NCBI GenBank assembly: GCA_963758915.1
Contig: CAVWXH010000003.1
Coordinates: 292,895-316,894, forward strand
Origin: an uncultured Methanomicrobiales archaeon
GTDB lineage: Archaea; Halobacteriota; Methanomicrobia; Methanomicrobiales; Methanospirillaceae
Length of the DNA stretch: 24,000 nucleotides
Direction: 5' to 3'
Part shown: positions 16,547-24,000 of the stretch, piece after piece
Numbering within the stretch: the first letter of the stretch is position 1
Layout: every line of letters begins with the position of its first letter
Position numbers and translations under genes: made by a program
Notes under the pieces: model-generated
What the model was told of the DNA's origin: nothing
Databases searched by the model: none
What the model saw: the letters and a program-made list of their open reading frames with translations, nothing else

Positions 16547-17287
16547 ATGGATGAGATTCAGCTAATTGCCCAGAAGCGGGCTTTTCCAAGCAGGGGAAGG
16601 GCCCGGATTCATGAAGACGCCCTCAAGGAGCTCGAAATCGTTGAGGGTGCATCGATTGATATCGGTATATTGGACGCAGAAAAATGGATATCAGCGACTG
16701 CGTTTGCCGACTCCCTTCTTACATCAGGTCATATCCGCCTGAGCGAGGAGGACTTAACCGCACTTGGGGCGAGTGAAGGCTCCACGCTCCGGGTCCGGAA
16801 AACGCCCCCGATGGCCGACCAGATCAAGAGCAGTGTCAAAGGTGCCGGTGCGAGTGTGTCAGCAGGACTTGGTAAGGCAGGAGAATCGATCAAGGGTACA
16901 TCAACTGAGTCAATCAAGGCAGGTGCTGCCGGAGCTGCTTCAAGTGTCAGCACCGGCCTTGGGAAAGCAGGGCATTCAGTCAGTGCTGCTTTCAGCAACG
17001 CGGTTGAGGCTGCAAAAAAGAAACTGAAACCTGCCGATTCAGCGACTCTTGACAAGGCACTGAAGGCAAACAATGGAGAGGTCCGTGCCGTCACGGTCGC
17101 TGCCGGTTCCGGTACCCGCACGATGTCCGGCATTGTACTCCCGAAAGGGGTCGTTATTGCAGCAGTACAACGTGGAGATGCAATCCAGACAACCGATCCA
17201 TCCTTTCTCCTTATAGGTGGGGATATCATCTACCTCGTGGGAGATAGCAGTCTTCTCGATGAGGCCTCAAAGGTAATCGGAGGATAA
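16547..17287 (+). CDS. Protein with a VAT/CDC48-N-like double-psi barrel, a G/A/S-rich repeat linker and a C-terminal TrkA-C (RCK_C) domain
   Basis: Two hairpin half-repeats, GRARIHEDALKELEIVEGASIDI and GHIRLSEEDLTALGASEGSTLRVRK, resemble VAT-N. There is an internal tandem repeat, KGAGASVSAGLGKAGESIKG / KAGAAGAASSVSTGLGKAGHSVSA. The C-terminus ...MSGIVLPKGVVIAAVQRGDAIQTTDPSFLLIGGDIIYLVGDS... is TrkA-C-like. Confidence 0.7.
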   Translation: MDEIQLIAQKRAFPSRGRARIHEDALKELEIVEGASIDIGILDAEKWISATAFADSLLTSGHIRLSEEDLTALGASEGSTLRVRKTPPMADQIKSSVKGAGASVSAGLGKAGESIKGTSTESIKAGAAGAASSVSTGLGKAGHSVSAAFSNAVEAAKKKLKPADSATLDKALKANNGEVRAVTVAAGSGTRTMSGIVLPKGVVIAAVQRGDAIQTTDPSFLLIGGDIIYLVGDSSLLDEASKVIGG

Positions 17288-17288
17288 T

Positions 17289-17675
17289 ATGGACTTGTAT
17301 GCACCACCAGACTGGTTCATCATCGCAATGTTCCTCCTGCTTGCGCTCCTCTTAATTCTCATCGTAGTCTGGGCCATTCGCAGGAGCCAGGGTCACGTCC
17401 GGAAAATGGAGATAGAAGTAGAAAAACAGAAACTCGATCTCCTTGCAAAAGACCTGAACACGCAGGCGAAGGTGCACCCCTTTACCAAGCTCAGCACAGA
17501 CCAGATCCAGTCAATCCGCACTCTTGAGGATGAAAACGAACTCCTTGAACTGAATAACTACCACAAGGAGAAAATCGTCGAGGCGAGGCTCCGGAAGCTT
17601 GAAAACCTGGTGCGGGAAGGAAAACTCGAGCGGATGATCCTGAAACTTGACCTCGAAGAAAAGAAGGTGAAATAA
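17289..17675 (+). CDS. N-terminally TM-anchored coiled-coil protein (128 aa)
   Basis: TM segment WFIIAMFLLLALLLILIVVWAI, followed by charged heptad-like sequence (…EVEKQKLDLLAKDL…RLRKLENLVREGKLERMILKLDLEEKK). The start is 1 nt after the upstream stop. Confidence 0.7.
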   Translation: MDLYAPPDWFIIAMFLLLALLLILIVVWAIRRSQGHVRKMEIEVEKQKLDLLAKDLNTQAKVHPFTKLSTDQIQSIRTLEDENELLELNNYHKEKIVEARLRKLENLVREGKLERMILKLDLEEKKVK

Positions 17676-17980
17676 TGGCTGAATTTGCAGAAGGGACCAC
17701 AGAAGAAAAACAGTCATTCTGGGGTAACATGCCTGACGTCCCGGGGTACCTTGACAAGAAACTGCCAACCATGGACAAGTCGCTGGACACGTACTTTGAC
17801 AAGAACATGGAGGCAATCATCGAGGAATGGGGCCTCCTGGTTGAGAATGATATTCTTGATCTCGAACGACGTGTCAACAAGGTTACCGAGGAAATCGACC
17901 AGCTGTATGACCACAAACATGTCATCAACGAACGGGTACTGAAGCTGGACGCCGTAATCTCGGACCTGGAGGGCAGGTAG
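17675..17980 (+). CDS. Soluble coiled-coil protein, paralog 1 of 3 (101 aa)
   Basis: Shares the motif [DN]xY[FL]D[KR][NR][MF]xx[ILM][IV]xEW (LDTYFDKNMEAIIEEW) plus a downstream coiled coil with the next two ORFs. TAATG overlap with the upstream gene. Confidence 0.7.
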   Translation: MAEFAEGTTEEKQSFWGNMPDVPGYLDKKLPTMDKSLDTYFDKNMEAIIEEWGLLVENDILDLERRVNKVTEEIDQLYDHKHVINERVLKLDAVISDLEGR

Positions 17981-18199
17981 ATGATAGACAAGTATATGAA
18001 CAAGTACCTGGATCGCCGGATGAAATACCTCGTCGAGGAATGGCAGATCGCTACAAAAAATGAGGTGGCAGATTTTTCAGCCAGATTAAATGCACTTTCT
18101 GCTGAAGCTGCGAAACTTGCCACCTTCGAGAAGAATGCGGAGGCAAAACTATCTGCCCTTGAAGCACGTGCAAAGAAACTGGAGGCGAAGAAGAAATGA
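17981..18199 (+). CDS. Soluble coiled-coil protein, paralog 2 of 3 (72 aa)
   Basis: MNKYLDRRMKYLVEEW..., then ...LATFEKNAEAKLSALEARAKKLE. TAGATG junction with the upstream gene. Confidence 0.65.
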   Translation: MIDKYMNKYLDRRMKYLVEEWQIATKNEVADFSARLNALSAEAAKLATFEKNAEAKLSALEARAKKLEAKKK

Positions 18200-18537
18200 C
18201 ACCGCTCGAAATTATCCTCACTATCCTGGTGATTGTCGCTATCATTGTTGCCATCTATTTCTTCTTCAGGGGCGCAAAGGGCAAGATCTCATTGACGCGA
18301 CCGGTTGAGAGCCGGGTAGATGAATATCTTGACCGCAGGTTCGAATCGATGGTGACGGAATGGGCGCTCGTACGGACTCCTGCAGTCAACCGCTTCAAAG
18401 AACAGCATGAGCCGGTGCTGAGTCAGAATGAAGCAAAAGTATCAGAATTACAGGGCTTTGAGAAGGAAATTAACAATTCCCTGTCAAGGATGGAGGAACG
18501 GCTTGACGATCTGGAAAAAGAGCTCTCAAAGACCTGA
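18196..18537 (+). CDS. TM-anchored coiled-coil protein, paralog 3 of 3 (113 aa)
   Basis: TM segment LEIILTILVIVAIIVAIYFFF, then VDEYLDRRFESMVTEW... and ...LQGFEKEINNSLSRMEERLDDLE. ATGA overlap with the upstream gene. Confidence 0.7.
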   Translation: MTPLEIILTILVIVAIIVAIYFFFRGAKGKISLTRPVESRVDEYLDRRFESMVTEWALVRTPAVNRFKEQHEPVLSQNEAKVSELQGFEKEINNSLSRMEERLDDLEKELSKT

Positions 18538-18802
18538 TACGTCCGGGCAGAAAGGGAAGAACAATATCTACCTTGAACTGAAAAAGGAGATAAAACCTCT
18601 TCGTGAACAGGGGGAGTTCCCGACAAAAGTACCGGGGAGTTTCGGAAGGCATTATTGTGACCTCTGCAACTCCACATTTCCTGTTGAAGAGCTCCGCCAG
18701 TGCAGCCTTTGCGGGAGATGGGTGTGTAATTCCTGTTTTACCAACGAATACTACATCTGCAATTCCTGCAACGGGATTACAAAACTCTATATGACCAGAT
18801 AA
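18428..18802 (+). CDS. 8-Cys zinc-ribbon module. As an independent ORF it overlaps the previous gene by 110 nt; alternatively it is a frame-shifted C-terminal extension of that gene.
   Basis: The C-terminal 50 aa contain CDLC-x12-CSLC-x3-CNSC-x7-CNSC. I found no in-frame ATG/GTG/TTG between 18431 and the first Cys codon (18656). A T7 run at 18823-18829 follows this ORF, but none follows the stop at 18537. Confidence 0.5.
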   Translation: MKQKYQNYRALRRKLTIPCQGWRNGLTIWKKSSQRPDTSGQKGKNNIYLELKKEIKPLREQGEFPTKVPGSFGRHYCDLCNSTFPVEELRQCSLCGRWVCNSCFTNEYYICNSCNGITKLYMTR

Positions 18803-18822
18803 CAGGGGTGGGCAGTGAAGGG

Positions 18823-18829
18823 TTTTTTT
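18823..18829 (+). terminator. Oligo-T (T7) candidate terminator closing the 16547-18802 operon
   Basis: gaagggTTTTTTTccc lies about 20 nt after the zinc-ribbon ORF stop. Confidence 0.45.
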
Positions 18830-18902
18830 CCCTGTCTCTGCAATCCCCTGAATTTTTTCATCCACAAAGGATATCAGCAGGCTGCTTTTTTCAGAAGTGA
18901 TC

Positions 18903-19121
18903 ATGAGTAATCTGACAGGTCAGGGAATCATTAAGTATATCGGGCAGCGATATTTTCAACCAGGCCCTATAGAGATAAATTTAAGAATCGGCGGGGAACT
19001 GGAGAGGTCTTTTCCATCCAGTCCCGGGATCTATATGAGACCAGAACAGGTGAATTTCTTCATGCCGGGGAAAACACAACTGAACAGATACAAGGGAGAG
19101 AAGGTGTACCATGATTGGTAA
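18903..19121 (+). CDS. Hypothetical small protein (about 72 aa); weak call
   Basis: The ORF (track start GTG 18897, ATG at 18903) overlaps the next membrane-protein ORF by 11 nt. No motif recognised, and the composition is only moderately coding-like. Confidence 0.3.
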   Translation: MSNLTGQGIIKYIGQRYFQPGPIEINLRIGGELERSFPSSPGIYMRPEQVNFFMPGKTQLNRYKGEKVYHDW

Positions 19122-19479
19122 TCTTTACGGGGACTACTACCGGTTCCGTAAGGACTGGAAACGTATCCGGATAACTGGCTGGATCAGGGTAATCCTCTCG
19201 GGCCTCCTCGGGGGTATCGGGATCGGACTTATACTGGCCCCGGTCCTTATGCTGTTGCTGCATTCCTGGACCGTGGAATTTGCACTATCCGTGGCTACCA
19301 TGAACGTCCTTGTCGGTCTCATCCTGGCAGGGACAGGGAAATGGATCTTTGACAGCACAAAAGACCACCAGATAGTATCCTTTGTGTATTATGCCGGCAC
19401 TTTGATTTCCCTGGTACTATTCCTGATTGTTACGGCGGTGTTCTACCCCAGGTTCACCTATATTATCGCCACCGGATAA
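19111..19479 (+). CDS. Hypothetical membrane protein (122 aa, 3-4 TM)
   Basis: Hydrophobic helices (VILSGLLGGIGIGLILAPVLMLLL, LSVATMNVLVGLILAGTG, VYYAGTLISLVLFLIVTAVFY). Confidence 0.55.
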   Translation: MIGNLYGDYYRFRKDWKRIRITGWIRVILSGLLGGIGIGLILAPVLMLLLHSWTVEFALSVATMNVLVGLILAGTGKWIFDSTKDHQIVSFVYYAGTLISLVLFLIVTAVFYPRFTYIIATG

Positions 19480-19516
19480 AAGGAACCGGTTTGTGGTTGT
19501 CCAGGCCGGGAAAAGA

Positions 19517-20713
19517 TTATTTCATCCACGGGAACAGGCCTTTAAAAAAATCAACAATTTGTGAGATAACATCCTTTTTCTGCTGGGCGGCTGCAATGGC
19601 GTCCACTTCTGCCATCTGCTGTTTTTTGTACTCAAGCCAGGCTTTTCCGGTAAGAGTTGGGGTAGGGGATTTTGTTTTACCCGTACTGACCTGGCCTGAA
19701 ATCTCATCCGGACCAGCAACCGGTGTTACCCTGGTTCCAGCCTGGTAATCATTGCCCGCAGAGCCGGATAATACGGCTCCCGACGGTTTATAGTCAGAGG
19801 ATGAACTTACGGTGATAAAGTCCACCTTTTTGACGATTTTTCCGGCACCCGATGAGTTGACCGTCAGGGTGACCGTATAGGTACCGGGCTCTTTATACGT
19901 ATGAACCGGGTTCTGGGAGGTTTCGGTTTTTATATCCCCGAAGTCCCATAACCAGGCAACGGGAGTCCCCACGGTGGTATCGGTGAAGACCACCGTCAGG
20001 GGGGCGGTTCCAGACCGTGGGGAACCATCGAAGGCTGCGAGAAGGTTAGAGGCGGATAGTTCAGTGGCAGTCGTCGTAGTGGTTGTTGCAGCCGTTGTTA
20101 TCGCGGTTGTTGTTGCGGTTGTTGTAACTGCCGAGTCCACCATAATATAATTTTCCCGGGTAGCGGACAGACTGCCCGTACGGGTCGTGGCGGTCAGTCT
20201 GACGGTATATGTCCCTGCATCTGAATAGGTATGGGACGGGCTCCTGGACGTATCTGATGTACCATCACCAAAATCCCAGTTCCACGAAGTCGGACCACCC
20301 GTAGACATGTCTGAGAACTGGACGTCAAGAGGTGCGGACCCGTCCGTCGGTTCAGCAATGAACGCTATGATTGGATTCACCTGCGATTGGGCAGCTGTTG
20401 TCATGACAGTAGTTGTATGCGACGTCGCAGGTATGGTAGTCTGAGTCGTAGCTATGGCCGTTGTCGTCGAAGATGTCGCGTGGCTCGTTGTCTGGGTCGT
20501 TGAGGGAATCTGGGTTGTGACAGCAGTTGTAGCATGGGATGTTGTCTGGGTGGGCGATACTGTCTGGGTCGTGTTCGCAGCACCCACAGGGAACACCACG
20601 ATTGCTGCGCAGACCAGAACAACGAACAATACAATCGTGACAGTCGGTAAAGAATTGTTAACTATAGCCTTATTCAAAATGTTCCACCCGGTATTGTTAG
20701 TTATATAGCACAT
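19517..20713 (-). CDS. Cell-surface protein with an N-terminal signal-anchor, Thr-rich repeats and two PKD domains
   Basis: Two PKD signatures: ...[52 protein letters not shown]... and ...[51 protein letters not shown]... Repeats: TQTTSHAT and a poly-T/A linker. N-terminal [21 protein letters not shown]. Confidence 0.85.
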   Translation of the reverse strand: MCYITNNTGWNILNKAIVNNSLPTVTIVLFVVLVCAAIVVFPVGAANTTQTVSPTQTTSHATTAVTTQIPSTTQTTSHATSSTTTAIATTQTTIPATSHTTTVMTTAAQSQVNPIIAFIAEPTDGSAPLDVQFSDMSTGGPTSWNWDFGDGTSDTSRSPSHTYSDAGTYTVRLTATTRTGSLSATRENYIMVDSAVTTTATTTAITTAATTTTTTATELSASNLLAAFDGSPRSGTAPLTVVFTDTTVGTPVAWLWDFGDIKTETSQNPVHTYKEPGTYTVTLTVNSSGAGKIVKKVDFITVSSSSDYKPSGAVLSGSAGNDYQAGTRVTPVAGPDEISGQVSTGKTKSPTPTLTGKAWLEYKKQQMAEVDAIAAAQQKKDVISQIVDFFKGLFPWMK

Positions 20714-21321
20714 TTTTCAATTTAAAAACTCCTGTTTGCGGGAAAATATTCAGAAAGATCACGTAAAATGAACCCGGAATTTATTTTTTCCGCATAGGAA
20801 CCGGGAAAAAAATCCAAAAACAATGCCATGCGTGGGGATACCGCGAAAAGAATGAACCCCGGGGTAACAGAGGAATATCAACAGGTGAAAAAAACAGGAT
20901 TGCAGAATAGTCCCGCAGTGAGGGAGGGAGGGGGGAGGTCATTGGTGCTCCAGGCACCCGAAGGCCTTTCAGAGACCCGGCTGACAAAGCTTGACAGGGA
21001 TGGGACAGGCAGGGAGTGGAACTGCCTCCTTTCTGATAGGTCCTGGTAACGGGGGCATGAACTTGCTCTGATCTTCACAAGACTGACCTTAAAACGTAGT
21101 TTTCACGGGTGTTTTTATGATACATCGTCTATCGGGTGTGCTATAAACCCTTTGTACCGTAGATGAATATGAAAAAGGCTGGAATTCAGATGTTGGCCTG
21201 GTGTTTTTCATACCAGCCAAGATCCTGTTTTTTTACGCCATCTGATGGCAGATCATCACAGAATTTATCATATCCGAATCACCATTCTCCTTTTAATATC
21301 ACATGTTGGGAAGCAATCGCC

Positions 21322-24000
21322 TTGTATTCGATCCTCTGTGTTGATGATGAGCCCGTTCTTATCGAACTTGCAAAAACTTTTCTCGAGAAAACCCGGGGAT
21401 TTGAAGTTCAGACAGACTCTGTCAGCAACCGAGGCGCTCATATTGCTTAAGTCCCGGCACTTTGATGCGATCGTATCTGATTACCAGATGCCTGAAATGG
21501 ACGGGATTGTTTTTTTAAAATCAGTCCGGAAAGACCATGGAGATCTCCCATTCATCCTTTTCACAGGAAAAGGGAGGGAAGATGTTGCTATCGAGGCGAT
21601 AAATAACGGGGCCGATTTTTATCTCCAGAAAGGGGGCGAACCAAAATCGCAGTTTGTTGAACTGGCGCATAAGATCAGGATTGCTGTCGATAAAAAACGG
21701 ACAGAGGACCAGTTGGACGAGTCAAAACAGCGGATGGCAGACATTATTAATTTCCTGCCCGATGCCACGCTTGCAATTAATAAGTACGGGGTAGTTATTG
21801 CCTGGAACCGGGCAATCGAAGAGATGACCGGTGTCCCTGCTGCAGAAATGATTGGGAAAGGTAATTATGAGTACGCGGTCCCCTTCTATGGAGAACGGCG
21901 TCCTATCCTGATCGACCTGGTTTTCAAATCTGATGTGGAGCTGACCACACGTTATTATTCAATTATCAAAAAAGAGGGAGATATTCTCATCGCGGAGACC
22001 TCCCTGCCACGTCCGCTTGGTACCAAAAAAATTCTCCTCGGCAAGGCTTCGATCCTGTATGACAATAAGGGGGATGTGGCGGGCGCTATTGAATCAATAC
22101 GGGATATCACTGAACGAAAAGCCGTGGAGATTGCCCTGGAGGCAAGTGAACAGCAGTACAGGAACGTGGTCGAAGAGCAGAAGGAATTTATCTGCCGGTT
22201 TTCACCAGACGGTACACATGTCTTTGTAAACGATGCATATTGCCGCTATTTCAACAGGAGAAAACAGGATATCATCGGTGAAAAATTCTCACCGCGGATC
22301 CCTGCAGCAGATAAAAAACTGGTACTGGAGCATTTTAACTCATTAACCATCGATAACCCCATAGCAACGGTTACCCACCGTATTATCATGGACGATGGGA
22401 AGGTACGGTGGCAACGCTGGAGTGACCGGGCAATTTTTGACGCCCGGGGGAATCTGGTAGAATACCAGTCGGTAGGCAGGGATTTCACCGATCAGAAAAA
22501 CATCGAGGAGGCATTGAAAGAAAGTGAAACCCGGTACCGGAATGTCGTTGAAGATCAAACCGAACTAATTTCCCGTTTTCTTCCTGATGGGACTCATATT
22601 TTTGTGAATGACGCGTACTGCAGGTATTTCGGAATTAATAGAGAGGACCTTATCGACAGGAGATTTATGCCGGATATGCCGGATAAAGACAAGGCAGAAA
22701 TGCGGAAATTTCTTTCCTCGCTTACCATTTCCCATCCCATTGGGACGATTGAACATGCGATCCTGATGCCCGACGGGGAGGTCCGCTGGCAGCAGTGGTC
22801 TGACCGGGCAATTTTTGATGAGGCTGGCAGGGTAAAGGAGTACCAGTCTGTCGGCAGGGATGTTACTGAGCGTAAAAACACTGAAATAGCTCTTGAACAA
22901 TCGCGGATGGCTTTACAACGCGAAGAAGCCCGCCTGGAGATACTGTTAAAATTTTACCAGATGGACAAAGATTCCCAAAAAGACCTCTTGATCTATGCAA
23001 TTGAGGAAGGTGTACGGATGACGGATAGTACAGTCGGGTACCTCGCTTTTGTCAGCGATGACGAATCCGTCTTAACAATGTACGCCTGGTCTGAAACCGC
23101 GATGATGGAGTGTTCGACCAGTAAAAAACCAATCGAGTACAAGGTCTCGGCTACCGGCTTATGGGGGGAGGCAGTACGGCAGAGAAAGCCGGTGATTACC
23201 AACGATTATGCAGCTCCAAACCCCCTCAAAAAGGGACATCCGGAGGGGCACGTTTCTATCACCCGGCACATGAATATCCCTGTTTTAGATGGCACCCATA
23301 TTGTCCTGGTTGCCGGGGTAGGTAACAAGCCGTCAGACTATAATGATAACGATGCCAGGGAGCTGACCCTCCTGATGAATGGCCTGTGGAATGTGATCAG
23401 GCGGCGGCGGGCAGAAGATGCTCTTCAGAAGTCCAACCGGAAGCTCCAGCTGATGAATAATATTACCCGTCATGATATCCTGAACCAGCTGACTGCACTC
23501 AATGGCTACCTCGAACTCTCCGGTGAATGCACTGACCAGCCAGGTCAGATAATGGAATATATTGAGAAAGAGAGAAGAATTGTTGGAATTATTGAGCAAC
23601 AACTCGCATTTACGAGGGATTACCAGAACCTTGGTATCAATGCACCCACATGGCAGAGTGTGAATGATACCGTCCGGAGGGGAACCGCAATATTGCCAAT
23701 GAACGATATCAGGGTCCAGTATGACCCCCGGGATGTGGAGGTGTTCGCTGACCCGATGTTTGAGAAGGCATTTTACAACCTGATCCAGAATTCACTGAAT
23801 TACGGGGGGGACCAGATGAAAACAATCCGCGTCTCATCGTACGAGTCCAACCAGGTGACCAGGATCATCTATGAGGATGATGGCAAAGGAATCTCCCCTG
23901 AAGATAAAGAACACCTGTTTAAACTCGGATTCGGGACACACACAGGATTCGGGCTCCATCTGTCCCGTGAGATCCTGGCGATCACCGGAATAACAATAAC
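21322..24000 (+). CDS. Hybrid sensor: receiver domain, 3 PAS, GAF and histidine kinase. It is frame-disrupted inside the receiver domain and continues beyond the window end.
   Basis: Frame A (TTG 21322 to TAA 21450) reads YSILCVDDEPVLIELAKTFLEKTRGFEVQT. The next frame is open from 21173 to the window end, with ATGs at 21245 and 21344. It continues SATEALILLKSRHFDAIVSDYQMPEMDGIVFLKSVRKDHGDLPFILFTGKGREDVAIEAINNGADFYLQKGG. PAS repeats (…FVNDAYCRYF…), a GAF domain, HisKA-like ITRHDILNQL and HATPase_c motifs (NLIQNSLNYGG, DDGKGI, GFGLHL) follow. Confidence 0.85.

Noticed and set aside
16729-18123. Minus-strand ORFs 16729-17229 (166 aa) and 17491-18123 (210 aa), plus nested ORFs antisense to the coiled-coil operon
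   Set aside because: They lie opposite tightly coupled plus-strand genes that have paralogy and domain support. Their translations are Ser/Ala/Arg-rich and look like mirror images of coiled-coil codons.
18470-18904. Minus-strand 144-aa ORF opposite the zinc-ribbon ORF
   Set aside because: The plus-strand frame encodes a regular 8-Cys zinc-ribbon pattern and is followed by an oligo-T terminator. The minus-strand product has no features.
20040-20620. Repetitive stretches that might suggest a CRISPR array or satellite
   Set aside because: They are in-frame Thr/Ala-rich coding repeats ([15 protein letters not shown]) within the PKD surface-protein gene. They lack the regular repeat-spacer structure of a CRISPR array.
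1-24000. Mobile elements, integrases, tRNA/rRNA genes, and mer (merA/merB/merR) genes near hgcAB
   Set aside because: No ORF has transposase, integrase or mercuric reductase/lyase motifs. No terminal inverted repeats flank a gene block, and I saw no tRNA-like cloverleaf in the intergenic regions. Absence is based on visual inspection only.

Overview
The window looks like chromosomal DNA from a methanogenic archaeon, probably Methanomicrobia-like. This is inferred from an archaea-specific Nre repair protein, BRE/TATA-like promoters, oligo-T terminators, PKD/cohesin/FxLYD surface proteins and a receiver-PAS-GAF-kinase sensor. No database search was possible; all family calls rest on motifs I recognise in the translations. 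The most consequential content is an hgcA-hgcB mercury-methylation pair (8700-10254). It has an exact HgcA cap-helix signature (NVWCAAGK), a 5-helix membrane domain and a 2x[4Fe-4S] ferredoxin with the vicinal C-terminal Cys pair. Immediately upstream, 3 nt from hgcA, lies a cysteine-bearing AbrB/SpoVT-type gene that is not part of the described two-gene system. HgcA also carries a Cys-rich N-terminal extension. The second candidate system is a tightly coupled operon of unknown function (16547-18802). It encodes a VAT-N-like/TrkA-C protein, a TM coiled-coil protein, three paralogous coiled-coil proteins and an 8-Cys zinc ribbon. Also present:
- a bacterial-style acid-resistance-like module on the minus strand: a large Orn/Lys/Arg-type PLP decarboxylase abutting a GadC-family antiporter, plus a small membrane protein;
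- a trpE-like gene start with two TGTACA boxes upstream;
- an Nre protein, an N-formylglutamate amidohydrolase-family protein and a metallophosphoesterase;
- several secreted or membrane hypothetical proteins.

Three frame discontinuities were seen: the cohesin protein C-terminal anchor, the zinc-ribbon ORF and the receiver domain of the sensor kinase. No rRNA, tRNA, CRISPR array or transposase/integrase gene was found.
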